This document shows positions 18,465 through 27,855 of a DNA stretch of 64,000 nucleotides, in pieces (the first letter of the stretch is position 1; each line of letters opens with the position of its first letter). The translations under genes and the position numbers were made by a program. The notes under the pieces were generated by a model that saw nothing but the letters and a program-made list of their open reading frames with translations, was not told the origin of the DNA and searched no databases. The DNA is from Bacteroidales bacterium (GTDB taxonomy: Bacteria > Bacteroidota > Bacteroidia > Bacteroidales > UBA12077): NCBI GenBank assembly GCA_035269575.1, contig DATFIZ010000123.1, positions 1,054 through 65,053 of the forward strand, written 5' to 3'.

Positions 18465-20747
18465 ATGGCTAAAAAAGGTACAATATTATTAATAATGGTT
18501 CTTTTTTTTACCTCTCTTTCGGCTCAAAACTGGAATGAAATTTATTACCTGGAGAATGAGGCAGAATATTTACTAGAAGAGAAAAATTTTGAGAAAGCGA
18601 TTGAAAAGTATCAAAAGATATTAAAAGAAATACCTGATAATTCTTTTATTAAATTTAAGATAGGGCTTGTCTATTTAGAAATGGATAACCAACAGGAAAA
18701 AGCGATAACAATCCTCGAAGAAATAGTGGAAGATGTGTCTCCCGATTTTAATCCCCGCGATATTAGAGAAATAAGAGCTCCTCTTGAAGGATATTTGTAT
18801 CTTGGGTTAGCCTATCATAAAAACAACAGATTAGATGATGCTAAAAAGATGTATATGAGGTATAAAGAGAGTATATCATCCGATCATTATAACTATCTGC
18901 TAGTTAATCAGTATATTGAGAGCTGCAACAATGCTCAGAAAATGATGAGTAACCCTGAACGTTTTCAAACCGATAATCTTGGAGATAAGGTAAATGATGA
19001 TAATTCGAATTTTAATGCTGTTTTTTCGGGTGATGGGAATACTATGATTTATACTTCTTATACCAAAAACTATATAGATATTTTTCAATCCAAGAAAAAT
19101 GGTGACCGTTGGAGCTCCCCAAAAAATATAACAAATCAGGTAAGCAAAAAATATTATCTTAAAACATCATCTTTGTCTTACGAAGGGGATGAGCTGTATT
19201 TAGCAACCGACGACCCTGAAGACAACGATATTTTTGTCAGTTATTTAGACGGCAGACAATGGACAAATGCTGACAAATTACACAAGACAATAAGCCACAG
19301 AAAAAGTAATGAAACGCATGCCAGTTTGTCGCCAGATGGGAGCACTTTATATTTTACAAGTAACCGTGACGGAGGATTTGGAGGATTGGATATTTACAAA
19401 TCTACAAGAAATGAAAAAGGAAAATGGAGTGATGCTGAGAATCTGGGACCAAAAATAAACACCTCTTTTAATGAAGAAACACCTTTTGTGTCAGGTGACG
19501 GGAAGTATCTGTTTTTTAGCTCAGAAGGACATAATTCAATGGGAGGGTATGATGTTTTCTATATTAATTTATCCAATCCGGATAAAGTTATAAATAGGGG
19601 ATATCCTGTGAATACCACTTCCGATGATTTATTTTTTGTTCCGACCGACTCTCTAAGCTCAGGATATATGGCAAGAGTTGAAGATGACAGTCGGGGGAGA
19701 AAAGATATTTACAAGATTAACATTCTACCGGATATCTTTTTGCAAGGAGAAATTTATAATTTAGCAGATGGCGCTATTATTGAAAATGAAGATGTTAAAA
19801 TAATACTAACAGACAAGGAAAGAGAAACTATAGTTCAATCGCAAGATGTTGATAAAGGCAATTTTAGTATAAAAACTTCCCCGGGGATTTATACAATTTC
19901 AATTACAAATGATGATTTTGAAACTTATGAAAAAGAAATTATTATTCCGGATGATTATGATAAAGAACTATTAGCACTGAATATCGAGTTACAGCCAAAA
20001 ATGGCAGAGAAAGATCTTATAGCTGAAGAAATAGCGGATTCTGCCAAGACTGGCGAAATGACTGATTATTTAGCTATGGAAGAGACTAAAGCAGAGGAAG
20101 AACCAGTTAAACACTCAGAAGTAATTAAAGAGAAAGAAATAGAAGAGCCGATTGAGCTTCCTGAACGAACGACAGAAAAAAAATTCGCACAGAGAGAACA
20201 AATTGTTTCTGAAGATTCTGTATCGCCTTCAAGTGATGTTTTAACCGATAATAAAGTGTTAGCTAACGAGCCAAGGACAAACTTACCGATAGGTACTAAA
20301 ACTTTTTCTGTTCAGCTTATGGCATTAAAAACACCGGTTAAGTTGAGTTATTTTAAGGATATTAAAAATATTACCTTAACGAAATACCCGGATGGTTTTT
20401 ACCGCTATACTGTTGGTCTTTCTACTAGTTATGAAAAAGTTCAAAAGCTTCAATTAAATATTCATAAGCTTGGTTATAAAGATGCGTTTATAAAAAAGAC
20501 TAACTTTTCTGCAAATTATACGATTCAACTTATGGCTTTAATAATACCGGTTGATTTAACTTATTTTAAAAATCTGCCAATGGTTTCTGTTCGTAAAGGG
20601 CCGGATGATTTTTATCGATATACTACCGGACATTATGGGTCATACAGTGAGGCAGAAGTAGCGCTTAATAATTTAAATAAGATAGGATATGACGGTGCTT
20701 TTATAAAAAGAATAAGTAATGATAATAAGCTAATGGTTGAAAATTAG
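18465..20747 (+). CDS. Secreted multidomain protein: TPR, TolB-like PD40 repeats, CarboxypepD_reg-like beta-sandwich, acidic linker and two C-terminal SPOR-like domains
   Basis: Signal peptide, then TPR-like helices. PD40-like repeats follow (FSGDGNTMIYTS, LSYEGDELYLAT, LSPDGSTLYFTSNR, VSGDGKYLFFSSE). A Glu-rich linker leads to two copies of the pattern (F/Y)(S/T)(V/I)QLMAL...P(V/I)xL(S/T)YFK...(Y/G)PDxFYRYT(V/T)G...(V/A)...GY(K/D)xAFIK(K/R). Confidence 0.75.
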   Translation: MAKKGTILLIMVLFFTSLSAQNWNEIYYLENEAEYLLEEKNFEKAIEKYQKILKEIPDNSFIKFKIGLVYLEMDNQQEKAITILEEIVEDVSPDFNPRDIREIRAPLEGYLYLGLAYHKNNRLDDAKKMYMRYKESISSDHYNYLLVNQYIESCNNAQKMMSNPERFQTDNLGDKVNDDNSNFNAVFSGDGNTMIYTSYTKNYIDIFQSKKNGDRWSSPKNITNQVSKKYYLKTSSLSYEGDELYLATDDPEDNDIFVSYLDGRQWTNADKLHKTISHRKSNETHASLSPDGSTLYFTSNRDGGFGGLDIYKSTRNEKGKWSDAENLGPKINTSFNEETPFVSGDGKYLFFSSEGHNSMGGYDVFYINLSNPDKVINRGYPVNTTSDDLFFVPTDSLSSGYMARVEDDSRGRKDIYKINILPDIFLQGEIYNLADGAIIENEDVKIILTDKERETIVQSQDVDKGNFSIKTSPGIYTISITNDDFETYEKEIIIPDDYDKELLALNIELQPKMAEKDLIAEEIADSAKTGEMTDYLAMEETKAEEEPVKHSEVIKEKEIEEPIELPERTTEKKFAQREQIVSEDSVSPSSDVLTDNKVLANEPRTNLPIGTKTFSVQLMALKTPVKLSYFKDIKNITLTKYPDGFYRYTVGLSTSYEKVQKLQLNIHKLGYKDAFIKKTNFSANYTIQLMALIIPVDLTYFKNLPMVSVRKGPDDFYRYTTGHYGSYSEAEVALNNLNKIGYDGAFIKRISNDNKLMVEN
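20296..20712 (+). repeat. Tandem duplication encoding two SPOR-like domains (20296-20498 and 20514-20712) inside the 18465-20747 CDS
   Basis: The two ~67-aa protein segments align by eye: FSVQLMALKTPVKLSYFKDIKNITLTKYPDGFYRYTVG...GYKDAFIKK versus YTIQLMALIIPVDLTYFKNLPMVSVRKGPDDFYRYTTG...GYDGAFIKR. Confidence 0.6.
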
Positions 20748-20772
20748 TGATTAAAAAAATAATAGAAGATTC

Positions 20773-21279
20773 CTATTCGTCTTTTTCAAGCAGTTCAAAA
20801 TCTTTTTCATGTCCGTTTCTTTTAATGGTTTCCCAGTATTTTTGGGATATTTCACCCACTTTACCTGTAATACGATTTTTAACTTTTAAACGTTGCTGAG
20901 ACTTAACATTTAATTCAGTCTGGATAAATTCAAAGGGTATATCTAGAATTGATTTCAGATCCTGTCCGACTTCTAAAGCCGATTCGTCGCCCTCTTCGTA
21001 AGTATAAGTTACTTTCATATCATACCCTTCCTGGTATTTGTTATCAAGCGTTTTAAGCAAATCGCTCAGGTGTTTGGTAGAACAACTATTAATGTAAGAT
21101 AAAGACAAATTTATTTGGGTGAATGTTGCAGGATTTTTAAGGTATCTTAAGATCCAGTTATCTATGGGGTTAAAAAAAATCAGGACATTTTCAGGCATTA
21201 ATCTTCCGGAAATTTCAATCAATCCTTTTTCTAAATGGACATAAGGAGTATCTAGTTGTTGTTCTACAGTAAGACTCAT
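20773..21279 (-). CDS. SiaC-like (DUF1987) protein with a ~45-aa charged C-terminal extension
   Basis: DTPYVHLEKGLIEISGRLMPENVLIFFNPIDNWILRYL...INLSLSYINSCSTKHLSDLLKTLD...KVTYTYEEGDE matches the DUF1987/SiaC pattern as I recall it. I prefer ATG 21279 over TTG 21297. Confidence 0.7.
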   Translation of the reverse strand: MSLTVEQQLDTPYVHLEKGLIEISGRLMPENVLIFFNPIDNWILRYLKNPATFTQINLSLSYINSCSTKHLSDLLKTLDNKYQEGYDMKVTYTYEEGDESALEVGQDLKSILDIPFEFIQTELNVKSQQRLKVKNRITGKVGEISQKYWETIKRNGHEKDFELLEKDE

Positions 21280-21379
21280 GAATAATTTGATTTGCAATAT
21301 TTATATTTTTACGTAATTTTTAAAGATAAAGTTTCTCCTTCCAAAATACAAAATATGGACTGTAGAATGTAGTGGAGGA

Positions 21380-24300
21380 TTAAATTTTTAATCCTGAAAA
21401 CCGTTCTTGAAGGTTTAATGATTCAAGATAGATAATCCCTTTCCTTAACAAGTCGAAATATAGGGCTAAGTAGAGAATCCCACAGCCAACCCACATCATA
21501 AAAATATTATACCAAATGGTTTCTATCTTAACTTGATTAATAATTTTTATCGGCGCATAAAAATGTGCTCTGCCAATGTTTGATGTTGGATTCATAAAAA
21601 CAGGGTCTTTTTTCTGAATTAAGGCATCATGGGTTTCATAAATTTTATTAATCTCATTCCGGTTAAGTAAGATGTCGGCTAAATCTTTGTTATAATATTT
21701 TTGCTTAAAGTTAACAAACCCATCTTTTCCAAGTTGTTTTACCAGTTTATTATAAGTACTGTCTTTTCGTTCATTGGCTTTTTCCATTTCATTTAGCAAG
21801 TTCATCTCAATATAATACAGGTATCCGTAGGCATGCTCCATGACATCTTCATTAAAATCCTTATGATTAAGCATTTGAATATATTCAAATGGGGGGAGAT
21901 TGGTTTCTCTAATCATATTTATCATTTCGTTCGAAACGATTTTTAAATCCCTCACGAATGCAGCTGAATCCATTCTGCTATCTTTTCTGCGCATGCACAA
22001 TTCAAGCTTATTCCTTAGCCGGGGAATTAAAAAAGATGTTTTATAATCGGTGGTACTAATTATTTGTTCATCCTCATAAAAGTTTTTTTCAAATTTATTA
22101 TTTTTAAACTGGTGTACAGTTAATGCTTCGTAAGCCCACCGTGTAGTCATCAGGTTACCAATAAAAGGAACATATTTTTCGGATGAAATGCTTTTATGCA
22201 GATCATCGAAATGGATCATAGCACCACCCAGTAAAAGTTGTGGTACTAAAATTAACGGGATGAGAATATAAATCGCTATTACGGAGTCTAGTCCTGATGA
22301 AATATTTAATCCGATGAGATTTCCCATACAGGCTGCTGAAAAAAGAATAAGCCAGAAAGGAAGTAACATTCCTTCTATTTCGAGAATTGCATTACCAATT
22401 AATGCATATAAAAAGGTTTGAAGAGCGGATAAAGCAAAAAGGAAAACGATTTTTGAGTTAATGTAGCTAAACCAGCTTAAACGTAGAAATGACTCCCGTT
22501 CAAGGATTTTGCGGTCTTTAATAATTTCTTCGGCACTAACGGTAAGTCCCAGAAATAGAGCCACAACAACAGCCATAAATAAAAATACAGGGAGATTTTT
22601 ATTCTCGCCAAAAACATATCCGTTAGGAGTTATGTATTTAGTGAAGTATCCTAAAATTAAAGCTAAAAGGGGAGCTTCCAGCAGGTTAATAATAAGGTAT
22701 TGTTTATTGGTTAATTTAGACAAAAGATTTCGCAAACTAAATACCTTGAATTGTTTCAGAAAATTAGGTACTTTAAACTCCGAGTCGGGTAATCTTATAT
22801 CTTCAGATTTAGGATCAATTTTTTTCTCAATATTTTCCTGATATCTAAAATACCAGGTTTCAGGTTTTATTTTTCGTTCATGTGTTTCTTTACCATATTC
22901 ATCAATTTTTTTCTCTTCAACAATTTTTAATATCAAGTCTGGATTGATTGTTCCACAGCAGGAGCATTCGCTTTCGGCAGCATTAACCAATGACGTAATG
23001 GTTTTGAAATAAACAATGGCATCAACCGGATTTCCCTGGTAGATTGGGTATCCTCCTTTATCCAACACCCATAGTTTGTCGAAAAGTTTAAAAATTTCAG
23101 ATGATGGCTGATGAATATTTGCAATAACCAGTTTACCTTTGTGGGCTTGTTGTTTAAGAAGGTTCATTACTTTCTCAGAATCCATGGAAGAAAGGCCGGA
23201 TGTAGGTTCATCAACAAACAGCAGAATGGGTTCGCGCATGAGCTCCAACCCGATGTTTAATCGTTTACGTTGTCCACCACTAATAAATTTATTTAAAGGG
23301 TTGCCTACGCGCAAATCTTTAACTTCAAATAAATCAAGGTCAAAGAGAACTGAGTTTACTTTTTCAATAATCTGGTCGTCAGTATAATCACTAAAACATA
23401 ACTGAGCGTTATAATATAAGTTTTCAAAAACAGTAAGTTCTTCAAAAAGCAGATCGTCCTGGGGTACAAAACCAATAATTCCGGTTAAAGAAGTACTTCC
23501 TGAATGAACATTATAGCCATTAATTTTTACTTTTCCATGGGTAGGTTTTAGTTTTCCGCTCAACAAATTTAGAAGCGTAGATTTTCCTACGCCGCTACCA
23601 CCCATAATTGCAATCATTTGTCCGGATTGTTCGGAGAAGTTGAATTTTTGGATTCCGTTTTTACTGTTTTTAAAATGAAACTCTACCTCATTGGCCGAAA
23701 AAGTAATGTGGTTTTTTTCTGCATCACGAATAAAATAAGCAGCTATATCGTAATAATAAATCGATTCAATATTTGGACCTTTGATAATTGATCCTTTCTT
23801 AAAAAAATAAGTACGCCCGGCAATAATTTTTTTACCATCGATAAAAAGATTAAGTTCCCCGGAATATCGAAAAATGAAAGATTCTATGGATTGAATATAC
23901 AATACTATAATTTGACCATATAAATTTTGCCTGTATAAATGTTTGTACCTGGGCTCGGCTTTTGTGTTTTTTTTCTTCATTATCCAGGCCAGATTATCCG
24001 ACCATTCGATAATCTGGTTGTCAATAACCAGCACATTTTCTTTATCTAGTTTTTTCGGATTCCCATCGAATATAAATGTTTTGAAGTTATTAAATTCATT
24101 TTCTGATAAACTGAATGACCGTGCGACAGTTTTTATAAATTCAAATTCTTCATCGGTAACAATATGGTCTTCATAAACAAATTCAAGAAGCTGAAGAAAT
24201 ACAATCACCCGTTCGTTTCTCAATAATCCATTTTTTATTTGACGGCACACATTTGATATTTGAAAAGAAATAAGCGAGTTATTATCTTTTAAGTCTTTCA

Positions 24301-24502
24301 CATCATCGGCATCTAACTCCCGCTGATAAAATTCATGATAATTGTCAAATAATTTTAAATATTCTTGAATTAACTTACTATTTAAGTAACGGGCGAGGTA
24401 ACTTTCAACAATTCTACGCCCTTTATCACTAACGCCATCTTTATTAACATTAGCCACAATGGCAAATAAGTGAATTAATGCATTTAATATCGATTCGCTC
24501 AT
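21380..24502 (-). CDS. ABCG-type (ABC-2) fused ATPase-permease with an N-terminal TerB-like domain and an uncharacterised beta-rich middle domain
   Basis: Walker A GGSGVGKSTLLNLLSGK, signature ISGGQRKRLNIG, Walker B LLFVDEPTSGLS, and H-loop IHQPSSEIF (typical of White/ABCG). Five TM helices are followed by a ~220-aa loop and a last TM helix. The N-terminal ~150 aa carry two helical repeats with (D/N)(G/H)x(V/I)(S/T)D motifs. I prefer ATG 24502 over TTG 24523. Confidence 0.85.
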   Translation of the reverse strand: MSESILNALIHLFAIVANVNKDGVSDKGRRIVESYLARYLNSKLIQEYLKLFDNYHEFYQRELDADDVKDLKDNNSLISFQISNVCRQIKNGLLRNERVIVFLQLLEFVYEDHIVTDEEFEFIKTVARSFSLSENEFNNFKTFIFDGNPKKLDKENVLVIDNQIIEWSDNLAWIMKKKNTKAEPRYKHLYRQNLYGQIIVLYIQSIESFIFRYSGELNLFIDGKKIIAGRTYFFKKGSIIKGPNIESIYYYDIAAYFIRDAEKNHITFSANEVEFHFKNSKNGIQKFNFSEQSGQMIAIMGGSGVGKSTLLNLLSGKLKPTHGKVKINGYNVHSGSTSLTGIIGFVPQDDLLFEELTVFENLYYNAQLCFSDYTDDQIIEKVNSVLFDLDLFEVKDLRVGNPLNKFISGGQRKRLNIGLELMREPILLFVDEPTSGLSSMDSEKVMNLLKQQAHKGKLVIANIHQPSSEIFKLFDKLWVLDKGGYPIYQGNPVDAIVYFKTITSLVNAAESECSCCGTINPDLILKIVEEKKIDEYGKETHERKIKPETWYFRYQENIEKKIDPKSEDIRLPDSEFKVPNFLKQFKVFSLRNLLSKLTNKQYLIINLLEAPLLALILGYFTKYITPNGYVFGENKNLPVFLFMAVVVALFLGLTVSAEEIIKDRKILERESFLRLSWFSYINSKIVFLFALSALQTFLYALIGNAILEIEGMLLPFWLILFSAACMGNLIGLNISSGLDSVIAIYILIPLILVPQLLLGGAMIHFDDLHKSISSEKYVPFIGNLMTTRWAYEALTVHQFKNNKFEKNFYEDEQIISTTDYKTSFLIPRLRNKLELCMRRKDSRMDSAAFVRDLKIVSNEMINMIRETNLPPFEYIQMLNHKDFNEDVMEHAYGYLYYIEMNLLNEMEKANERKDSTYNKLVKQLGKDGFVNFKQKYYNKDLADILLNRNEINKIYETHDALIQKKDPVFMNPTSNIGRAHFYAPIKIINQVKIETIWYNIFMMWVGCGILYLALYFDLLRKGIIYLESLNLQERFSGLKI

Positions 24503-24540
24503 GAAATTCTTATTTAGGAGCAAAATTTAAGAAATTATCT

Positions 24541-24580
24541 AAAATAAAAAAAGCTCATGAGTATATTCCCCACGAGCTTT
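24541..24580 (-). terminator. Rho-independent terminator after the 24601-25440 lipoprotein gene, 38 nt before the ABC transporter ATG
   Basis: Minus-strand hairpin AAGCTCGTG / CATGAGCTT (one mismatch), followed by U7AU4. Confidence 0.65.
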
Positions 24581-24600
24581 TGGGTTTAATTATTTTGGTT

Positions 24601-25440
24601 TTATGAGACAATTTGTGTTCGTAAAATATTTGTTTCTTCAATAATTTGATTTAATTGTTTTTCTGTAATTCCTGTATCATCGATATTGTCATAAACCTTT
24701 TTAATGGGATTAAGATCCTGCATTAATTGTTGGATGGTTTGATGGTCTTTATGCTTTGTGAGTAATTCGAATAGTTTATTTAACGAAGATTTTTGCTCCA
24801 TGATGATTTTAACGAAATCAGGGTTATTATAAACTACTTCTGTAATATTGCAGGAAATATACATTGCTTCAACCCAGCTGCCCGTTAAAACAAGTAACGA
24901 AAGATCTTCTTTATTGTTTTTAACAAGGTACTCATATGTGTCATAAAAAGAGTTCGTTATTAATTCAATTAGTTCATCTTTATTATTAATATTTGCTTCT
25001 ACTTCATCAATAAATCTTCGATTAAAAGCACTGGTAATTCCCAGCTCTTTAATTAAGTATTCGGATGCTTCCATGTAATTCATTACATCCTGTTTCATTT
25101 GGTATGTACTGGCATAACTTAGATCTGCACTATAAACACCTAAATTAAGTGCCTGATCTTTATCTGTAAAATATTTATTAACATTTTCTTTTTCATTAGT
25201 AATGCCAATAATATAGCTGGCTTCAATTTCATTTATCATTTCAGTAACTTCAAATGCAGTTGGCAATGGATATACCACTTCGCGAATTGTTTCTTCTACT
25301 TCTTCACGTTCCAATTTACGGTCTTTTGTACTGTCTGCAGTTTTGCTCTTTTCTCCTTTACAGTTGACTAAAGTAAGTATAATTACTCCGGACAATATCA
25401 GGAGGGATACTTTTTGTACAAATGGTTTTAGTGTTTTCAT
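24601..25440 (-). CDS. Lipoprotein of unknown function (predicted all-helical), 279 aa
   Basis: Signal peptide plus lipobox (LTLVNC). The rest is rich in amphipathic-helix-like sequence. I recognise no motif. Confidence 0.65.
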   Translation of the reverse strand: MKTLKPFVQKVSLLILSGVIILTLVNCKGEKSKTADSTKDRKLEREEVEETIREVVYPLPTAFEVTEMINEIEASYIIGITNEKENVNKYFTDKDQALNLGVYSADLSYASTYQMKQDVMNYMEASEYLIKELGITSAFNRRFIDEVEANINNKDELIELITNSFYDTYEYLVKNNKEDLSLLVLTGSWVEAMYISCNITEVVYNNPDFVKIIMEQKSSLNKLFELLTKHKDHQTIQQLMQDLNPIKKVYDNIDDTGITEKQLNQIIEETNILRTQIVS

Positions 25441-25536
25441 GGGCTATGTATTTTTGTTGATTTTTAATTTGTTTGCTAATAATGTTTTTAAAGAGTAATG
25501 TAATATTATATCTTTTAACTAAAATTTATCTCAAAT

Positions 25537-26430
25537 TTATAATAATTTTCTGAATTTGAAACCCAGAATCTCTATTCTCTTTGCAATAAATCCAAATAAA
25601 ATCGTAGAAAAAAAAGTTATAGAACCATAAACCACTGAAACCATTGCTATATCATTATTGTTTAGTAATGATTTAGCGACAAAAATCCCGATAATACTGT
25701 TTTTTAAACCGACCTCAATGCTTAGGGTAAAATTATTTTTCCCCCCGAGCCTTAAATATCGGGCAAAAAGATAAACTGCGGTCATTGAAACAAAATTAAG
25801 CAATAAGGCCCAGGGAATAAGGCCCAGATTTTTGCTCAGATTATTATTATTAGCTTTATTATCGAAAAAAATAATTCCTATAAATGCAAACAATAGAATT
25901 AGCGGAAGGATTATTTTTAATGGCTTTTCGGCTTTTATGGCTAATCTGAAATGATAATATCTGATGAGCATTCCTATAAATGTAGGAATCAGGATGGTTA
26001 CTAAAATATCAAAGATAGTATCGAGAAAGGGTAAATGAATATTGCGTTCAACCCCAATAAAAATAGTTAATCCCAGGTTAACAATTAAGGGAAGTGTAAC
26101 TAAAATAATAAGACTGTTTATTGCTGTTAGAGAGATGGATAAAGCAAGATTTCCCCGAAGCATGTGGGTAATAAGATTCGTTGCGGAACCTCCGGCACAA
26201 GCCGTAATAAGAATAAAACCTACTTTGGTGTATGGATCAAGATGAGTAAATCCAAAGAGCAGAAAAGTTACTAATGGCAATAAAATTACCTGGCTAAATA
26301 TTCCGGCTAAAATGGGCCTGGGGTATCGTATAACATTGGTAAAATCCCGCTGGTCAAGGGATAATCCCATCCCCATCATTATAATGGCTAATGAGGCCGG
26401 TAAAACATATGTAGAAAAAAATGCTTCCAT
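25537..26430 (-). CDS. Bile acid:sodium symporter (BASS/SBF-like) family transporter
   Basis: Polytopic membrane protein. N-terminus LAIIMMGMGLSLDQRDFTNVIRYPRPILAGIFSQVILLPL is typical of the family. Confidence 0.8.
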   Translation of the reverse strand: MEAFFSTYVLPASLAIIMMGMGLSLDQRDFTNVIRYPRPILAGIFSQVILLPLVTFLLFGFTHLDPYTKVGFILITACAGGSATNLITHMLRGNLALSISLTAINSLIILVTLPLIVNLGLTIFIGVERNIHLPFLDTIFDILVTILIPTFIGMLIRYYHFRLAIKAEKPLKIILPLILLFAFIGIIFFDNKANNNNLSKNLGLIPWALLLNFVSMTAVYLFARYLRLGGKNNFTLSIEVGLKNSIIGIFVAKSLLNNNDIAMVSVVYGSITFFSTILFGFIAKRIEILGFKFRKLL

Positions 26431-26490
26431 TTAAGCAACGAAGTTAACTAAGAATAACTAAATATTAAAATTCTTAGGGGTTTACCTTAA

Positions 26491-26524
26491 AACAAAAAAA
26501 GGAGGAATAATTAGTATCCCTCCC
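26491..26524 (-). terminator. Rho-independent terminator after the 26547-27161 gene
   Basis: Minus-strand hairpin GGAGGGATA / TATTCCTCC (one mismatch), followed by U7. Confidence 0.6.
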
Positions 26525-26546
26525 GGTAAAATCAGAACTCCCAAAA

Positions 26547-27161
26547 TTATTTTTGAGTGTTTTTATCTTTAATGGTACAGCCAATGGCTTTTGTAAAATC
26601 AGGATTTGGTTTTTTCCCTTTTAAAAGAGCAGTAACTGCATCGTTTAAATATTTCGTTTCAACAGCCGACGCATCTTTGTAATTATCATCAATGGTTCCG
26701 ATATAGGAAACAATAAAGTTGCCATTTTCTTTATTTAAGAGGTAAACGTGTGGAGTTCTTTTAGCTCCGTACATCTTATAAACCTCTTGTGTTTTGTCCA
26801 GAAGGTATGGAAACGGGAAGTTTTTTTCCCGAGCTCTAACCTTCATCTTTTCGAAAGAATCCTCAGGGACTAATTCAGAATCATTAGGGTTAATCGCAAT
26901 TACAGGGTATCCTTTGGATCTGAATTTTTTATCTATTTCAATAATTCGATCTTCGTAAGCTACAGCATATGGGCAATGATTACAAGTGAAAATTACAATC
27001 GCACCGTTTTCTGCGGGAGCATAATTAAAGAGTGATATATACTCTCCATCTACGTTTTTAAGGTTAAAATTTTCTGCATTATCTCCTACAGAATAACCCT
27101 GGCTTAATGCCGGAGAAAATGATGCCAATATGAAAAAGCTTAAAATTACAATTTTTTTCAT
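26547..27161 (-). CDS. Exported thioredoxin-fold (redoxin-like) protein with a CNHC motif
   Basis: Signal peptide, FTCNHCPY active-site-like motif, RTPHVYLL, and conserved C-terminal IGCTIK. Paralog of the 30736-31314 product. Confidence 0.8.
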   Translation of the reverse strand: MKKIVILSFFILASFSPALSQGYSVGDNAENFNLKNVDGEYISLFNYAPAENGAIVIFTCNHCPYAVAYEDRIIEIDKKFRSKGYPVIAINPNDSELVPEDSFEKMKVRAREKNFPFPYLLDKTQEVYKMYGAKRTPHVYLLNKENGNFIVSYIGTIDDNYKDASAVETKYLNDAVTALLKGKKPNPDFTKAIGCTIKDKNTQK

Positions 27162-27192
27162 GATACTTTTTTTAAGTTAAACAATGGTTTTA

Positions 27193-27684
27193 TTATTTAT
27201 TAATGATTTGATGTAATGTTGATTCCAATTCTTCGAAAGTAAAAGATTGTTCGTGAAAAACACGATTGTTTTTATTGTATATTAAAGTTGCAGGAATAGC
27301 TCCCGACCAGTCTTTGCTAACTTTGTCAATCCAGGAGTTACTATTCGGATCATCTAAAATAATGATGGTTGGTTTTATTTTATGTGCTTGAGCAAAACGT
27401 TCAATCTTAGCTTGTAAATTCTTACCAAAGTCGAGACTTACTAAAATTATTTTTATTTTTCTATCTTTATATTTCTCATGGAGCTCATTAAATGCCGGCA
27501 TTTCTTTTACACAAGGGCTGCACCAGGTAGCCCAGAAGTTAACGATATAAGTAGTATCATTTTGTTTTTCAAGAACAGGGCTAAAGCTTTCAAAATTGTA
27601 AACAGGATACTTTTGGGCAAATAAGGAAAAAGATGCAATAGAAAGAAAAAGAATCAAAAATATAGTTTTTAATTGGCTCAACAT
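27193..27684 (-). CDS. TlpA/ResA-like thiol:disulfide oxidoreductase (exported)
   Basis: Signal peptide from ATG 27684. WATWCSPC thioredoxin motif. Confidence 0.85.
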   Translation of the reverse strand: MLSQLKTIFLILFLSIASFSLFAQKYPVYNFESFSPVLEKQNDTTYIVNFWATWCSPCVKEMPAFNELHEKYKDRKIKIILVSLDFGKNLQAKIERFAQAHKIKPTIIILDDPNSNSWIDKVSKDWSGAIPATLIYNKNNRVFHEQSFTFEELESTLHQIINK

Positions 27685-27855
27685 GATTTTTATAACTTTA
27701 TAACATCTAACATATGATATTAGAAAATTGTTTACCAAAACCAGGTCTTAATTTAATTTTGACTTTTCTAAGATGAACGGAAATTAAACTTTTCGAATCC
27801 AATTATAGTCTAAATATTTAGTTTGTACTTTTTTAATGAAACATAAACCCTTACT

